Assembly (NCBI RefSeq): GCF_001194135.2
Contig: NC_068988.1
Location: 31,078,986 to 31,132,590 of the forward strand
DNA length: 53,605 bases
Direction of reading: 5' to 3'
DNA from: Octopus bimaculoides
Lineage: Eukaryota
A program made the position numbers and the translations under genes. The stretch's first letter is position 1. Each line of letters opens with the position of its first letter. The notes beneath the pieces are model-generated. The model did not search any database. It was not told where the DNA came from and saw only the letters and a list, made by a program, of their open reading frames with translations. Below are positions 1-10,200 of this stretch, piece after piece.

Positions 1-84
1 TTCACCAGTCCTCAGTCAAATCGTCCAACCCATGCTAGCATGGAAAGCGGACGTTAAACGATGATGATGATGATGATGATGATG

Positions 85-85
<1 letters not shown>
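1..85 (+). mobile_element. 3' end of an RTE-type LINE/SINE with an (ATG)n tail
   Basis: gtccaacccatgctagcatggaaagcggacgttaaacg followed by (ATG)n. A diverged reverse-complement copy lies at 1275-1370. Confidence 0.6.
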
Positions 86-127
<42 letters not shown>

Positions 128-179
128 TGTGAGTATGTCTGGATGTATGTGTATGTGTTGTTGAAATTGTTTTGCAAGC

Positions 180-350
180 CCAGTAATTTTGAGGGGAGCA
201 AGGCAGTTGATTACATTGACCCAAGTGCTCAACTGGTACTTATTTTATCAACCTAAAAGAAGAAAGGCAAAATCAAACTCAGCAGCATTTGAACTCAGGA
301 TGTAAAGAACTAGAGGAAATTCCACTAAACATTTTGTGTGGTTCTTAAAA
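180..350 (-). mobile_element. SINE family A, diverged copy
   Basis: Reverse complement resembles the copies at 11396, 14230 and 16642 (gagttcaaat B-box-like motif; gataaaataagtacc core). Confidence 0.65.
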
Positions 351-631
351 TTAAAAAGATAATTGCTCACTGCTAAAAGTATAGTATAAATATTTATTTA
401 GCAAATAGAAAGAGCAACCATGACTTCAGACACCAAAAATGAGTTGTTAAACAGAGAAAGGATTAAAGTTTAAAAAGAGACGAAAATATTATAAATATAT
501 ATATGATTTGTTGTACAACCTCAGACATGTGTAGGCCATGTATCCCAGACCCTTTTCACAAAATATATCTTTTCATCACTAATGTATTTTCCAAAGTATT
601 GATACACATGTAATCTTTGTTCTATTTTCAG

Positions 632-835
632 TTCCTTTGTGAAGCCAAGAACATCACCTCTGTGACATCATACCTCAGGAAACTAGATCATGATGTGACT
701 TATTCAGAATGTGAATATCTTCCAACAGCAGTGTATCCTGTAAATGAGGATAGCATGAAACTTTTGATGAGACTGTTTGAGAAAATATATTCTGTTCCAG
801 AAGTTGTTAGAATATTTGATAACATTGCCGAATGA
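632..835 (+). CDS. TACO1: Last coding exon of translational activator of cytochrome c oxidase 1 (YebC/PmpR/TACO1 family); upstream exons lie outside the window
   Basis: Acceptor ttctattttcAG (630-631), phase 0. Translation: FLCEAKNITSVTSYLRKLDHDVTYSECEYLPTAVYPVNEDSMKLLMRLFEKIYSVPEVVRIFDNIAE*. As I recall the human TACO1 C-terminus, it aligns without gaps: FICDA/FLCEA, EFIP/EYLP, DVIHVYDNIE/EVVRIFDNIAE. Confidence 0.9.
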   Translation, partial: FLCEAKNITSVTSYLRKLDHDVTYSECEYLPTAVYPVNEDSMKLLMRLFEKIYSVPEVVRIFDNIAE

Positions 836-844
836 ATTTGTCAT

Positions 845-1025
845 TTAGACTCAGCTCAGCCTAGATTATGTAATGCCTACAGTCAAAGACGTTCCACCTA
901 TGACCATTCCTGGCCTTTTTTGTACAGCTAGGACTTCATTGTTCAAAGAGGATTTTTGAATGTTTTTTAAGACAGTAGGATGTGATTTGAGGGAGATTTG
1001 GTTGCAGCAGGTTTAGCAACTTTGT
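845..1025 (+). repeat. Dispersed repeat fragment inside the TACO1 3' UTR
   Basis: The segment aagacagtaggatgtgatttgagggagatttggttgc has a reverse-complement relative near 44700-44760, and related pieces occur near 42370 and 50240. Confidence 0.55.
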
Positions 1026-1137
1026 AGAAGCCCCGCTTTTCACTTCATTGCTGAATGGCATGCAATAGCAAAGAATTGAAATACATTTCCTCATTTATGA
1101 TAATTAAAAAAAAAGAAAACGACTAAAGTTTAAAAAA

Positions 1138-1205
1138 AATAAAATTTCATAGATCTTTACATTTTTAAAAATTATTTTGTTAATTGTTTGTAATGCAATA
1201 ATAAA
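1138..1205 (+). terminator. Candidate poly(A) signals of TACO1
   Basis: AATAAA at 1138-1143 and 1200-1205, each followed by T/GT-rich sequence, 300-370 nt after the stop codon. Confidence 0.5.
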
Positions 1206-1274
1206 ATTGTTTATATTGTTGTTGTTCTTAATATTTAACAGTTATTCAATTAATATCAACATGTAGGAGATGCA

Positions 1275-1560
1275 CATCATCATCATCATCATCATTCTTA
1301 TCATCCTCCTCCTCCTCCTCATCATCATCATTTTTAGGTCCACTCCTTATGCTGGCATGGGTTGGATGGGTCATCACAGACCTTGTCATTTCTTATTGGG
1401 TGCTATCATAGATTAGTGCTTATGCATGTTATTTCCTGGATTTCTATGTCTTGATGCCCTTTCTATCATTAATATTTTGGTGGAGTGTACTGGGTGCACT
1501 TTCTCATGGGCACCAATTCTAGAGTGATTCAATAAAAAGGTCCTCAGAATCCTACACATT
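1275..1560 (-). mobile_element. 3' UTR and tail of an RTE-type element, possibly the 3' end of the LINE at 2090-3330
   Basis: (CAT)n tail at 1275-1330, followed by the reverse complement of the terminal motif seen at 1-60. Confidence 0.5.
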
Positions 1561-2089
1561 CTCTGTTCATTTGCCGACAACTTTATAGAATGTAACGAGT
1601 GCATTTTTGTGGTGTCAGCTCTAGAAAGATTGTCTTGCTCATCAGTCACTCTTGAGAGAGCATAGTTGGTCTGCTATCTGTTGTGGAACCAATACAGGAA
1701 GTATGCTGCCTTGTACATAGGGCAATGAAGAGATTAATCAGTGAGATACGTAGATCAAGAAAAAAAAAAAAAGGAGTGCGAATGATGCCAGCTGTCAGGC
1801 AAGGAGTGAATAGGGGAGAAAATGTGTAAGTGCCAAGAGTACGCAACCTAGGGCATTTAGAGTTGCTTAGACGACCAAGGAGGGATTAGGAGAGTGTGAT
1901 GTCATCAGAAGGATCTGGAGAGCTTAGTGGAAGACAGGAGCTGTATTTTGATGTAAGCAGCTGACTTCTTTGGGAGGGAGTCAGGTAGGGAGTGATTGGC
2001 AACAGTAAAGGTAGGCGATAAGATTAGAGTAGATGACAGGTGACAATAGGAGTGGCTCTGAGAAGAGAAGAGCAATGACCAATAGTGGA

Positions 2090-3330
2090 GAAAGATGATA
2101 TTGGAGTGTATCACGCAAAAGAATGAAAGTGGTGCGTTTAAAGCCTATGCCTCACTGTCTTACAGTATCACAGTTCTAACACAAGTTCCTGCCCTTCAAA
2201 CTAAAAACCTTTATTGCCAAATAACAGAAGCTACATCAAGTGGGCTGGAAAGGCAGGTGTTTAGGAGAATCTGCTTATAGTATGCGCTTAGTGCATATTA
2301 CTTCCATTCATGTGCAACGTACAAAGCTTACCTTCACTGTTAGCCTTCCTGTGATTCCACTACACCACTTATGTGTTCATAGTTTACACAGGATACAGCA
2401 CATAGAGTTCATACTAGCTGCTTTTCTGAATATCAAATAAGGCTATTACCTGTCTTCTTTCCTACTAACATAAGTTTTTGCTAAGTTTATTTTGGAGTCT
2501 TCTTTTGATTTTTGCTTCCATATCTGTAATTTCTTCTGTTGTTCTACTATAGATTTAGCTGTAAGAACTACATCATCAGCATATGGAATTTCCCACGGGC
2601 AGCTGATCTTAAACTCCTCTGTGATGGTTTGTAAGACTATGATGAATATCTGGGGGCTGTGAACGTTGATGGACTCCTACCTTCACGCTACGTTCGTTGC
2701 TGAACACATTGTTGACTTTCACTTCACTCATTGCTTCTTTGTACATAGCTTGTACGAAACCATACAAGCCATTCATTTACATCTTATTCCTTAAGTCCTC
2801 CTCTGGATTACAGAGCGTCAAAGGCTTCTTCTACGTCAACGAAAACCAAGTATAGTGGTTTGCTTTTAGCTAAATATTTCTCATACCGTTGTCTTATTAG
2901 AAAAGTGGCATCTATTGCACTTCTTCCGTGCATAAAAACAAACTGCATTTCGTCAAGACTAATTCTGTTCCTGACTATTTGTGCTGTGACTCTTCGCGAA
3001 CTTAATAGCCTGGTCTCTCCAATAACTTGGTGCCTCTGTAACTCCTTCTATTTAGTGGATCGCCTTTGTCCTTGTAGCAGCTTACAATAATACAGTTAGG
3101 CCAGTCGTTGAGTATAACACATTCCTCTTCTACATGATTAAGATGATTTAGATGATTATTGTGCACCAAATTGTTAGATTAGTTGCATCACAAAACTCTA
3201 AGAGCTTCAAACCCCCTCCATTCCTCGTACCATGGACATCACGGAAGCTATCGTAGTATTGACCAGCTTAGCCATTAAAGTTTCCAGCTCCGATGACGAA
3301 ATCGCTGTTGACCGCCGCTGTAGCAGTCTG
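2090..3330 (-). mobile_element. Decayed RTE-clade LINE ORF: APE endonuclease fragment fused by internal deletion to RT, then a PHD-like finger and the RT C-terminal region
   Basis: Minus-strand remnants: GAGNFNG and LEFCDATNL (endonuclease, 3160-3330); NDWPNCIIVSCYKDKGD; LYLVFVDVEEAFD; SCPWEIPYADD (YADD at 2572-2583); INLAKT; ACVRTVIL. Many stops and frameshifts. Confidence 0.88.
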
Positions 3331-3394
3331 CAGAAGAGTCTCCCCTCCCTCCTCTCTCTCTCTCCATTCACACATACACTCAGAGTGGGTTTTA

Positions 3395-3510
3395 GCACGA
3401 CATCTGTCTTTCAGATTCCCTCAGAAGGCATTGGTTTGTCCGCGGTGGTGCTCAGTGTGGTTGAACTGGAAACAAGTGGTTGCGAAGCGAACTTCTTAAC
3501 CATGCACCTA
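3395..3510 (-). mobile_element. tRNA-derived SINE family B, 5' head
   Basis: Reverse complement ggtgcatggttaagaagttcgcttcgcaaccac...gttcaacc resembles the head at 53150-53330. Confidence 0.55.
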
Positions 3511-3895
3511 TTCTCTTCCCCCTTCCTCCCTCTGTGTGTGTGTATGTGTGTAGATATGTTTTAAAACATTGTTACGTTATACTGAAACAAACGCCTCCAC
3601 TCACATGCGCACATCTTTGGCACGAGCGCGTAAAAAAAACAGAGTTAAGCACCAAACAAATAAATAGCAACGTTGTCAAAAATGGAAGGATAGCATTCAA
3701 AAGAATATGAACTTTATTTTCGAAGCAAATAATTAAAAAAAGTTATCTGCCATCAATGTTAAACAATTTAAGCAACAACGACGACTTCGCTATCGCTTGT
3801 AGCTACATTGATATAATTATACACGTAGCATTTTCGGAAAAAACCGAGGGAAAAATAGTGTAAAAACTAAAAAACAAGAAAAAAATCTCCCGAAA

Positions 3896-4093
3896 ATGAT
3901 GTCCTTCCGGAATGTTTTTGGTTGTTTAATTATGTTGCTTTCGTCGATTGCCGTTCACAGTAGGCGCTATAGAAGGATAGATCCTTTTTGTATTGGTAGA
4001 GAACTCACTCTTCTCCCTAAGGAACTATTCTGGAGATGTGGCGCCACCGTATCGATAAATGACGTACATATACCGCCTACAGTACAATATGGT
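3896..4093 (+). CDS. PEBP4-like: PEBP-family (PEBP4-like) gene, coding exon 1 of 4, with signal peptide
   Basis: ATG at 3896. MMSFRNVFGCLIMLLSSIAVHS (signal-peptide-like) then RRYRRIDPFCIGRELTLLPKELFWRCGATVSINDVHIPPTVQYG. Donor GTAAGT at 4094-4099, phase 0. CpG-richer upstream flank (3560-3895). Confidence 0.85.
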
Positions 4094-4119
4094 GTAAGTT
4101 ATCAGTAATAATAATTGTT

Positions 4120-4250
4120 TCTAATTTTAGACAGAAGGCCATGATTTTTTTCTTGGTGGGAGCGAAGGGGTTAATTAAGTAAATCGACATCCAGTTCTTG
4201 GCTGTTTCTTTATTTTTATCGATTACGGAGAGAAGAAAATCAAAGCTGAC
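4120..4250 (-). mobile_element. SINE family A, diverged fragment in PEBP intron 1
   Basis: Reverse complement resembles the 3' half of family A (aaataaagaaacagccaagaactggatgtcgat). Confidence 0.5.
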
Positions 4251-4259
4251 CTATTTATG

Positions 4260-6230
4260 CCACTAGCACGTCGTATACAATGTTCCTTCTATGAGCTTCT
4301 TCTAAACTGGCTTACTACTTACTTCTTTACCTGCTATTCCCTATAGCTGCCCCTTTGTTAAAATTAATCTATGCAGCTCTAATTTTTCTACTTAGCATGA
4401 CTCAGTATCGGTTGTTGATAGCATCTGTCAATTCCCTCTCGACTAGTTCCGTAATCCAGTCCCTAAGATAGTTTCGCGCCAGAAAATATGTGTTTAGTTT
4501 CCAGTATCCTGGCCCTCGTGTGCTGGTCTGTTTCAAGTTGACTGTACAGACCACATGATCGTGGTCTGTGTAGCATACTGTCTGAAACAATGGATAACTT
4601 ACGCTTATTCTGTCTGCTAACCAAACGAAATTTTTTCTAACCACGACCTAGATGACCTGATAAGCTTTGTTCAAGTTCACGTTTGGCAAAGTCGGGAAAT
4701 AATGGCAAAACTTGTCACACAGATGGAAGAGACTGAGAAGGTTTGAAACGTTTTTGAAGCCTCTCCAGTCGGCTACTTCTTCGCTGTCCCTGCGAGCAAC
4801 CAAAATTCCATTCCACTCGTCCTCTACCATAAATGAACAAGATCGTTGAGCAGATTTTTTTTTTGTTTCTAAGTAGACTCCAGGCCATGTACATTTATAC
4901 TACTTACTTTCAGCAAAAAGGCAATTTAGCAGGAGGAAAAGAAAACAAAAGAAAAGTTAGGATGATGGTCAATTACCCTGAGCTCTCCAAAATTATTTTG
5001 TCTAAAGTATTTTTAAAGTTACCCACTTACGAAGAAAAATGTTTTCTAAGGGACGATATACTTTTGACGTTGATCTCTCCAGAAGTTTCTCTTCTGGTTT
5101 CCTTGAGCCAGTTACGTTACCGAGGTTTCATCTCAAGTGAACATTTTCTCACTATTGGAACGTACATATTCCAACAGCTCCTTGCTATCCTTTCGGAGAA
5201 CTATGTAGTTGAGGGATTCATTTCTAAATTGTTATTGCTGCTGTGTTTGTAGCTGTTCCAGCTCTTATTGCTGCTGCTGTATTTGTACCTGCTTTAGTTG
5301 CTGTTATTGTTGTTGTTACTTCGTCTCTTGTACTTGTTAAAACTTTTTTCTGATACGCTTGTTCTTTTGTTGTAGTTTCTGTTGCTGTGGCTGCTACTGC
5401 AGTTGTTATCATTGTTGTTTGGCCTGGTACCGCCAAACTTTTGTGTTCTGGGGATCAGGCTACAGGATTCATCCGTTCGTCCTCTCTTCCTTCTTGGCTG
5501 CTCTTCCACTACATGCAATTTGAACTTTTATGGGTCGGCCTTGGTCTGTTCAGCTTATGGAGGATGGAATTGTGTTGAAAGTGTGTAAGCAATTTATTTA
5601 TTTTGCTGTGATCTCGGTTATTGTTGATATTGCTGTTGGTGGTGTATGTGGAGGGGAATCTTCTTCGAGAACCCATTGCTTCACATAACGAACACGCTCC
5701 GGTTTTCAAGTCCACCATTGACCACCATTGAATATTGGGATATTCAGACAATGCTTGTCAGAGTGTTGGAATTGTCTGAGAAAGTTTGCGAAAATGTGGC
5801 ACATGCATTCATATTTTAGCTATTCTAGAAAATCCCTGCCTCTAAGATACTATTCCAATCGCCCTATAACACTAATGAACGAGATGTTCTTAGGAATGTC
5901 TCTGAAAGTTTGTAAAAATGTTTGTCGTTGAGGCTCTGTAAACGATTAAAGGTCATAAAGCGCCATTACTCGGTGCTGCTTAACTTCTGGAACGTTGACT
6001 TGCCATTTGGTTTTACGAAGATCGTGCCAAGCTATTCCAAAATAGCTCTGCTATGTCAGTTGATTCGCGCGGCAAAAATGTAGGTGAACAAGTGCGTCAC
6101 AGAAACCCTGGTCTCGCTGATGGTTACCACGTCTAAACTTAGTGACTTTAAATCGTGCAGCCGTTTTGTTTAACATATTTTTAATCCTATCTTATCTTCC
6201 ATTGCATTTTCCCATATAGGAAAAGTTTCC
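4260..6230 (-). mobile_element. Tx1/L1-clade LINE remnants: two endonuclease pieces separated by an ORF1 3' part, antisense in PEBP intron 1
   Basis: Copy A: LHDLKSLSLDVVTISETR (6107-6160) and LVL*GDWNSIL (~5843-5875). Middle: degenerate knuckle CSLCEAMG plus a T/N/A-rich low-complexity tract. Copy B: LKVSSINVHGL (from 4913), DEWNGIL, DRISV, YTDHDHVVC, RGPGYWKLN (~4490-4520). Confidence 0.8.
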
Positions 6231-6316
6231 ATTATGGGTGACATTGGCATATACATACACATACATACACATACATAAAATTAATTTTTCTCACGCATTT
6301 TTATATTTTTCTTCAG

Positions 6317-6445
6317 TTTTCTCAAAGCCTGAGAAATAGAAGGTACATCTTGATTGTGATAGATCCAGACATGCATTTCATAGAGAAATATTCTTCATAT
6401 TCCCATAGGACTGATCATCTGCATTGGATGAAATTAAATTTTTCT
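6317..6445 (+). CDS. PEBP4-like: PEBP-family gene, exon 2
   Basis: Acceptor ttttcttcAG (6315-6316), phase 0. FSQSLRNRRYILIVIDPDMHFIEKYSSYSHRTDHLHWMKLNFS contains the PEBP Y-x-L-x3-DPD and HW motifs. Donor GTAAGT at 6446. Confidence 0.9.
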
Positions 6446-6731
6446 GTAAGTGTTAATGCCGGATTGCTTAATGCATTTTTGTACTGGTGCGCGTGCATCC
6501 ATCTGAGTGCACATGCATCAGTAAAAATATATGCATGTATATATATACATGCATGCACATACATACGCTGCACCTCGTATAAACACCCACACACGTATAT
6601 GTATAAGATTTAAACAAACAACTACAAAAACACAACTGTACACAGATGCCCATAAATGTACCTACCTACCTACCTACCTACCTGCCTACATACATACATA
6701 TATATACACATATATACATACATGTATACAA

Positions 6732-6800
<69 letters not shown>

Positions 6801-7009
6801 TATGTATACATAAATCTACTACATATGTGGAAATCTGTGTGTGTTTGTGGCGTTGTGATCTAACTCCTCCTATGTCGTTTTATCGATTTTGATGAAACTT
6901 GACACGTGAGTAGAACTCATGTCTGGAAAACTAGTGACATATTTAGATTGTTTAAAAAAAAATCGATAATGGGGCCCCTGGAAGGGATTCTTATATCTAC
7001 TACATATAA

Positions 7010-7570
7010 CTAATATATTGTCTATCTATTTGGCAAATTGTTGATCCGTCTGTCGTAAAATACTTCAGATTTCGAAACATGGAAACTCTCAGCATAATTT
7101 TTAACCTCTTCACAGTTAATATACTGTTTTCCTTCAAAATAATGTTGCAATAATCTGAAAAGGTTATAGTCAGATTGAGCAAGGTCAGGAAATTTAGAAA
7201 GATGAGACAAAACTTTCATATTTAGTGCCATAACCTTTATCTGAGTGACTTGGGCAATATGTAACCTTGCATAATCGTGAAAAATCCATTCCCATTTACG
7301 ATTGACCAATGATGGGCATATATTCTGCAAAGTTTTGTGCGATGCTTCCAGTTGACGACAATAGTTCTCCCCATTAGCCGTTTCCTTGTCATTTAACACT
7401 TTATGATAGACAACATCCTTCTTATCTCACCAAATACAGATCATAAATTTTTTCACTTGTCTTTCTGGTTTGGCGACGGATTCTTCTTTTCATTGTCTTT
7501 TTCGTCGGATATGATTATAGAGAATCCACTTATTCCTGACATGTTACTTCTGCACTAGTTGTCGTTCGAT
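7010..7570 (-). mobile_element. Mariner (DD34D-type) transposase remnant in PEBP intron 2
   Basis: KWILYNH, NYCRQL, HDYARLH (consensus HDNARPH), FPDLAQSDYNLF (consensus YSPDLAPSDYHLF), FYDRRINNLPNR. Stops and frameshifts present. Confidence 0.88.
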
Positions 7571-8425
7571 AGCAAATCTACTCTTCAATGACAAACAGAG
7601 GCCAACTCTTTGACTAAGCTGAGAAGCAGGCAGGTCTTGAGGGAACCATTGACCAGGTTTAAATACTTTTCCTAATTCACGAGGTGTTTTATGATCGAAG
7701 TGCAAATTTAACTGGAACTGTTTTACTAATTCTCGTACAGTTTGCTTTGGATTTCCCCTCAGTTAGGATTTCCAGAGGTTCAATAATGTCAGGGCTCAGT
7801 CATCCAGATCGAGAGGTATCTGCGAAAGAAAGATTTCCTGGGCGAAAATAGCAAACAATCTGGTATAGGGGAAAGCTGCCACTAAGAAATATATGTAAAA
7901 ACAACGGGTAGTGAAGTTGGGTAGGGAAACACCAGAACATTCACTTGTTACATTTGTCCCCAGCAAAAGACAAATGCTAGAGGATTCATATGGATGATTG
8001 GGCTACACACACACACACACACACACATGCACACGCACACACACATGCACACACACGCACACACACACACGCACATATATATATGAATGAATGTATATGT
8101 ATGTAAGTATGTATGTATGTATGTATGTATACATGCATACATACAAGCATACTTACATATATGTGTTTGTATATATATATATATATATATATATAATCTC
8201 ATTTTACATTTTTTCTATGCTTTTCTTAAAACGACATACAGTTACACATACACACGCAGACACACACACAGATATACATAAACACACGTGTGAACACACG
8301 CGCACACACACACTCACATGTACACACACACACACGCATGCACTTACGTATACATATACACAGACAAATGTAGATATAATTATATTATGTGACTCGTATA
8401 TGCAGTAAGCTGGTCATCTTTTCAG

Positions 8426-8474
8426 GCACAGAGACTAGCAGAGGGTGTAACATCGGAAAGTAGCGACTTACACC
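8426..8474 (+). CDS. PEBP4-like: PEBP-family gene, exon 3 (49 nt, absent from the ORF track)
   Basis: Acceptor catcttttcAG (8424-8425). Reads AQRLAEGVTSESSDLH plus 1 nt. Donor GTAAGT at 8475. It supplies exactly the phase 0 to phase 1 bridge needed between exons 2 and 4. Confidence 0.85.
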
Positions 8475-8602
8475 GTAAGTATATTTTGCAATTCTACTCA
8501 GTCTACATTCATACATACATACACACATTACATACATACATACATTACATACATACACACATTACATACATACATACATGCATACATGCATACATACATG
8601 CA

Positions 8603-8633
<31 letters not shown>

Positions 8634-8735
8634 GTATAGAATATTAATACATATAAGTTATATATATATATATGCACACACACACGTGCACACGCACGCA
8701 CGAACACACACACACACAGAGGGTGCGATGGGATT

Positions 8736-8843
8736 ATGGCAGCATTCACCAACTTAAACAAGGAGACCGACCAGAAGAGTTAGAGGAGATTCTGAAATCG
8801 TCTGGAGGCCGTGGTTGAAGCCAATGGCGATTTTATTGAATAA
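8736..8843 (+). mobile_element. Tc1/mariner transposase C-terminal remnant in PEBP intron 3
   Basis: MAAFTNLNKETDQKS*RRF*NRLEAVVEANGDFIE* resembles Tc1-family C-termini. Confidence 0.65.
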
Positions 8844-8907
8844 ATTTACTCAACGAGAGGTATACAGTAACAGTAAGATCAGTGATTATGTATCACTTTG
8901 AAAACTA

Positions 8908-9033
8908 TATATTTTCGAACAGAGATTTTGGCAGCGCCACCCTCAGCCTAGTGATTATTCTGTGCCGAAGAAGAGAAATAACACTGAAACTGCGGTCCAC
9001 AGATATTGCTAACCTTCCCTGTTCGAAAATATA
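8908..9033. mobile_element. Small MITE-like element with perfect 15-bp terminal inverted repeats
   Basis: tatattttcgaacag (8908-8922) and ctgttcgaaaatata (9019-9033) are exact reverse complements. Confidence 0.55.
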
Positions 9034-9591
9034 AGGACACAAATAGCATGTCGTATAGCCAGCTGGAGACGATATTTCCTGGGACTAAACAACAGTAGCA
9101 TTCATTCTAACCGAGACTGCCACATTATATTGGCAAATAATCTTTACTTTATATATTTAAACTTGTCAACATCGAAATTTCTGAACATGTCTTTTTAATT
9201 CATAATTCTAAATTTTTACCATTGATAAACAAAACATATTGTTGAAACTAATTTGGTATATATTTAAATTTATTTATTTTAAACAAATACAAGTTTTTCA
9301 AATTTAGGTGCATTTTCACAACAAATTTGCCTATATATANNNNNNNNNNTATATGTGTGTGTGTGTGTGTGTGTGTATGTGAGTGTGTGTGTGTGTGTGT
9401 ATACATGCAAACCTACATGTATATCTGTGTGTGTGTGTATGCACGCATACATACATAAGTACGCACGCGCACGCTCATATACATACACGCATAAACACAC
9501 ATATTATGTGCGATTTTGAAGTATTGAACAGAATGTATTGAGAACCATGTTTAATTTCAACAACTCTTTCCTCTCTTTTCATCCGCACCAG

Positions 9592-9893
9592 CTTATAGCG
9601 CGCCTGGCCCGAGTTTAGCCAATCGTCGAATACAGTTCCTGCTATACGAACAGAGATCGGACAACGTTGTTTTGCCATATCCAACTGGAAGAGGAAAACG
9701 TTTTATAGATGTGGCTAGCTTTGAATGGAGGAACAACTATCGAGAAAAATTTATGTCTTTCCAATACGTTCTTACTATCAAAAAACGTTGCAAATCTACC
9801 GCTACTAAAAACAGTCTTTCTTATATGAAGAGTTGGCTGAATAATTATCTGCTCAAGATGGTCATACTGTACTTTGGGAAGATGCTTATATGA
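9592..9893 (+). CDS. PEBP4-like: PEBP-family gene, exon 4 (terminal)
   Basis: Pyrimidine tract and AG at 9590-9591, phase 1, with an in-frame stop upstream at 9552. (P)YSAPGPSLANRRIQFLLYEQ matches the PEBP Y-x-x-P-x-P...R-x-x-F-x-x-Y-x-Q motif. Ends ...SWLNNYLLKMVILYFGKMLI* (TGA 9891-9893). Total CDS 678 nt = 225 aa. Confidence 0.9.
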
Positions 9894-9906
9894 TTACTGT
9901 TTATAC

Positions 9907-9958
<52 letters not shown>

Positions 9959-10025
9959 GTAATAGTAATAACAGTAATGGTTTCGAATTTTAGCACAAAG
10001 CCTGTAATTTCGGGAGAATGGGTTA

Positions 10026-10200
10026 GTCGAATGTGCATTTGGTACAACACTAAAACTGTTACCTAAGAAACAGAAGGATATTGGAACTGAGACATTTATT
10101 GTCGACCTGCAGGGAAGTGCCACCCTGTAGTCTGTAAGAATCCTAAGAAAGATTCTTGAGATTTGAGGAGACGTGTTGTCACCAAACCTCAAGATAGCTT
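10026..10200 (+). mobile_element. 3' end of an R4/Dong-like (restriction-like endonuclease) non-LTR retrotransposon
   Basis: VECAFGTTLKLLPKKQKDIGTETFIVDLQGSATL*SVRILRKILEI* matches the GALG...LQK..LL...RILR..L C-terminus of this group; followed by short tandem-repeat tails. Confidence 0.65.

Noticed and set aside
1650-2080. YAALYIGQ string resembling the GIY-YIG YIG motif, plus a weak PLE-like linker on the opposite strand
   Set aside because: The two hints are on different strands and no second motif is recoverable. It is probably a very old repeat, but I cannot classify it.
4833-5252. 139-aa plus-strand ORF
   Set aside because: It is the antisense reading of the Tx1 ORF1/ORF2 junction and has no splice or motif support.
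7741-7830. Strong-looking acceptor (tactaattctcgtacAG) as a candidate PEBP exon 3
   Set aside because: It has no good phase-1 donor, and 8426-8474 fits the phase, both splice sites and the PEBP spacing much better.
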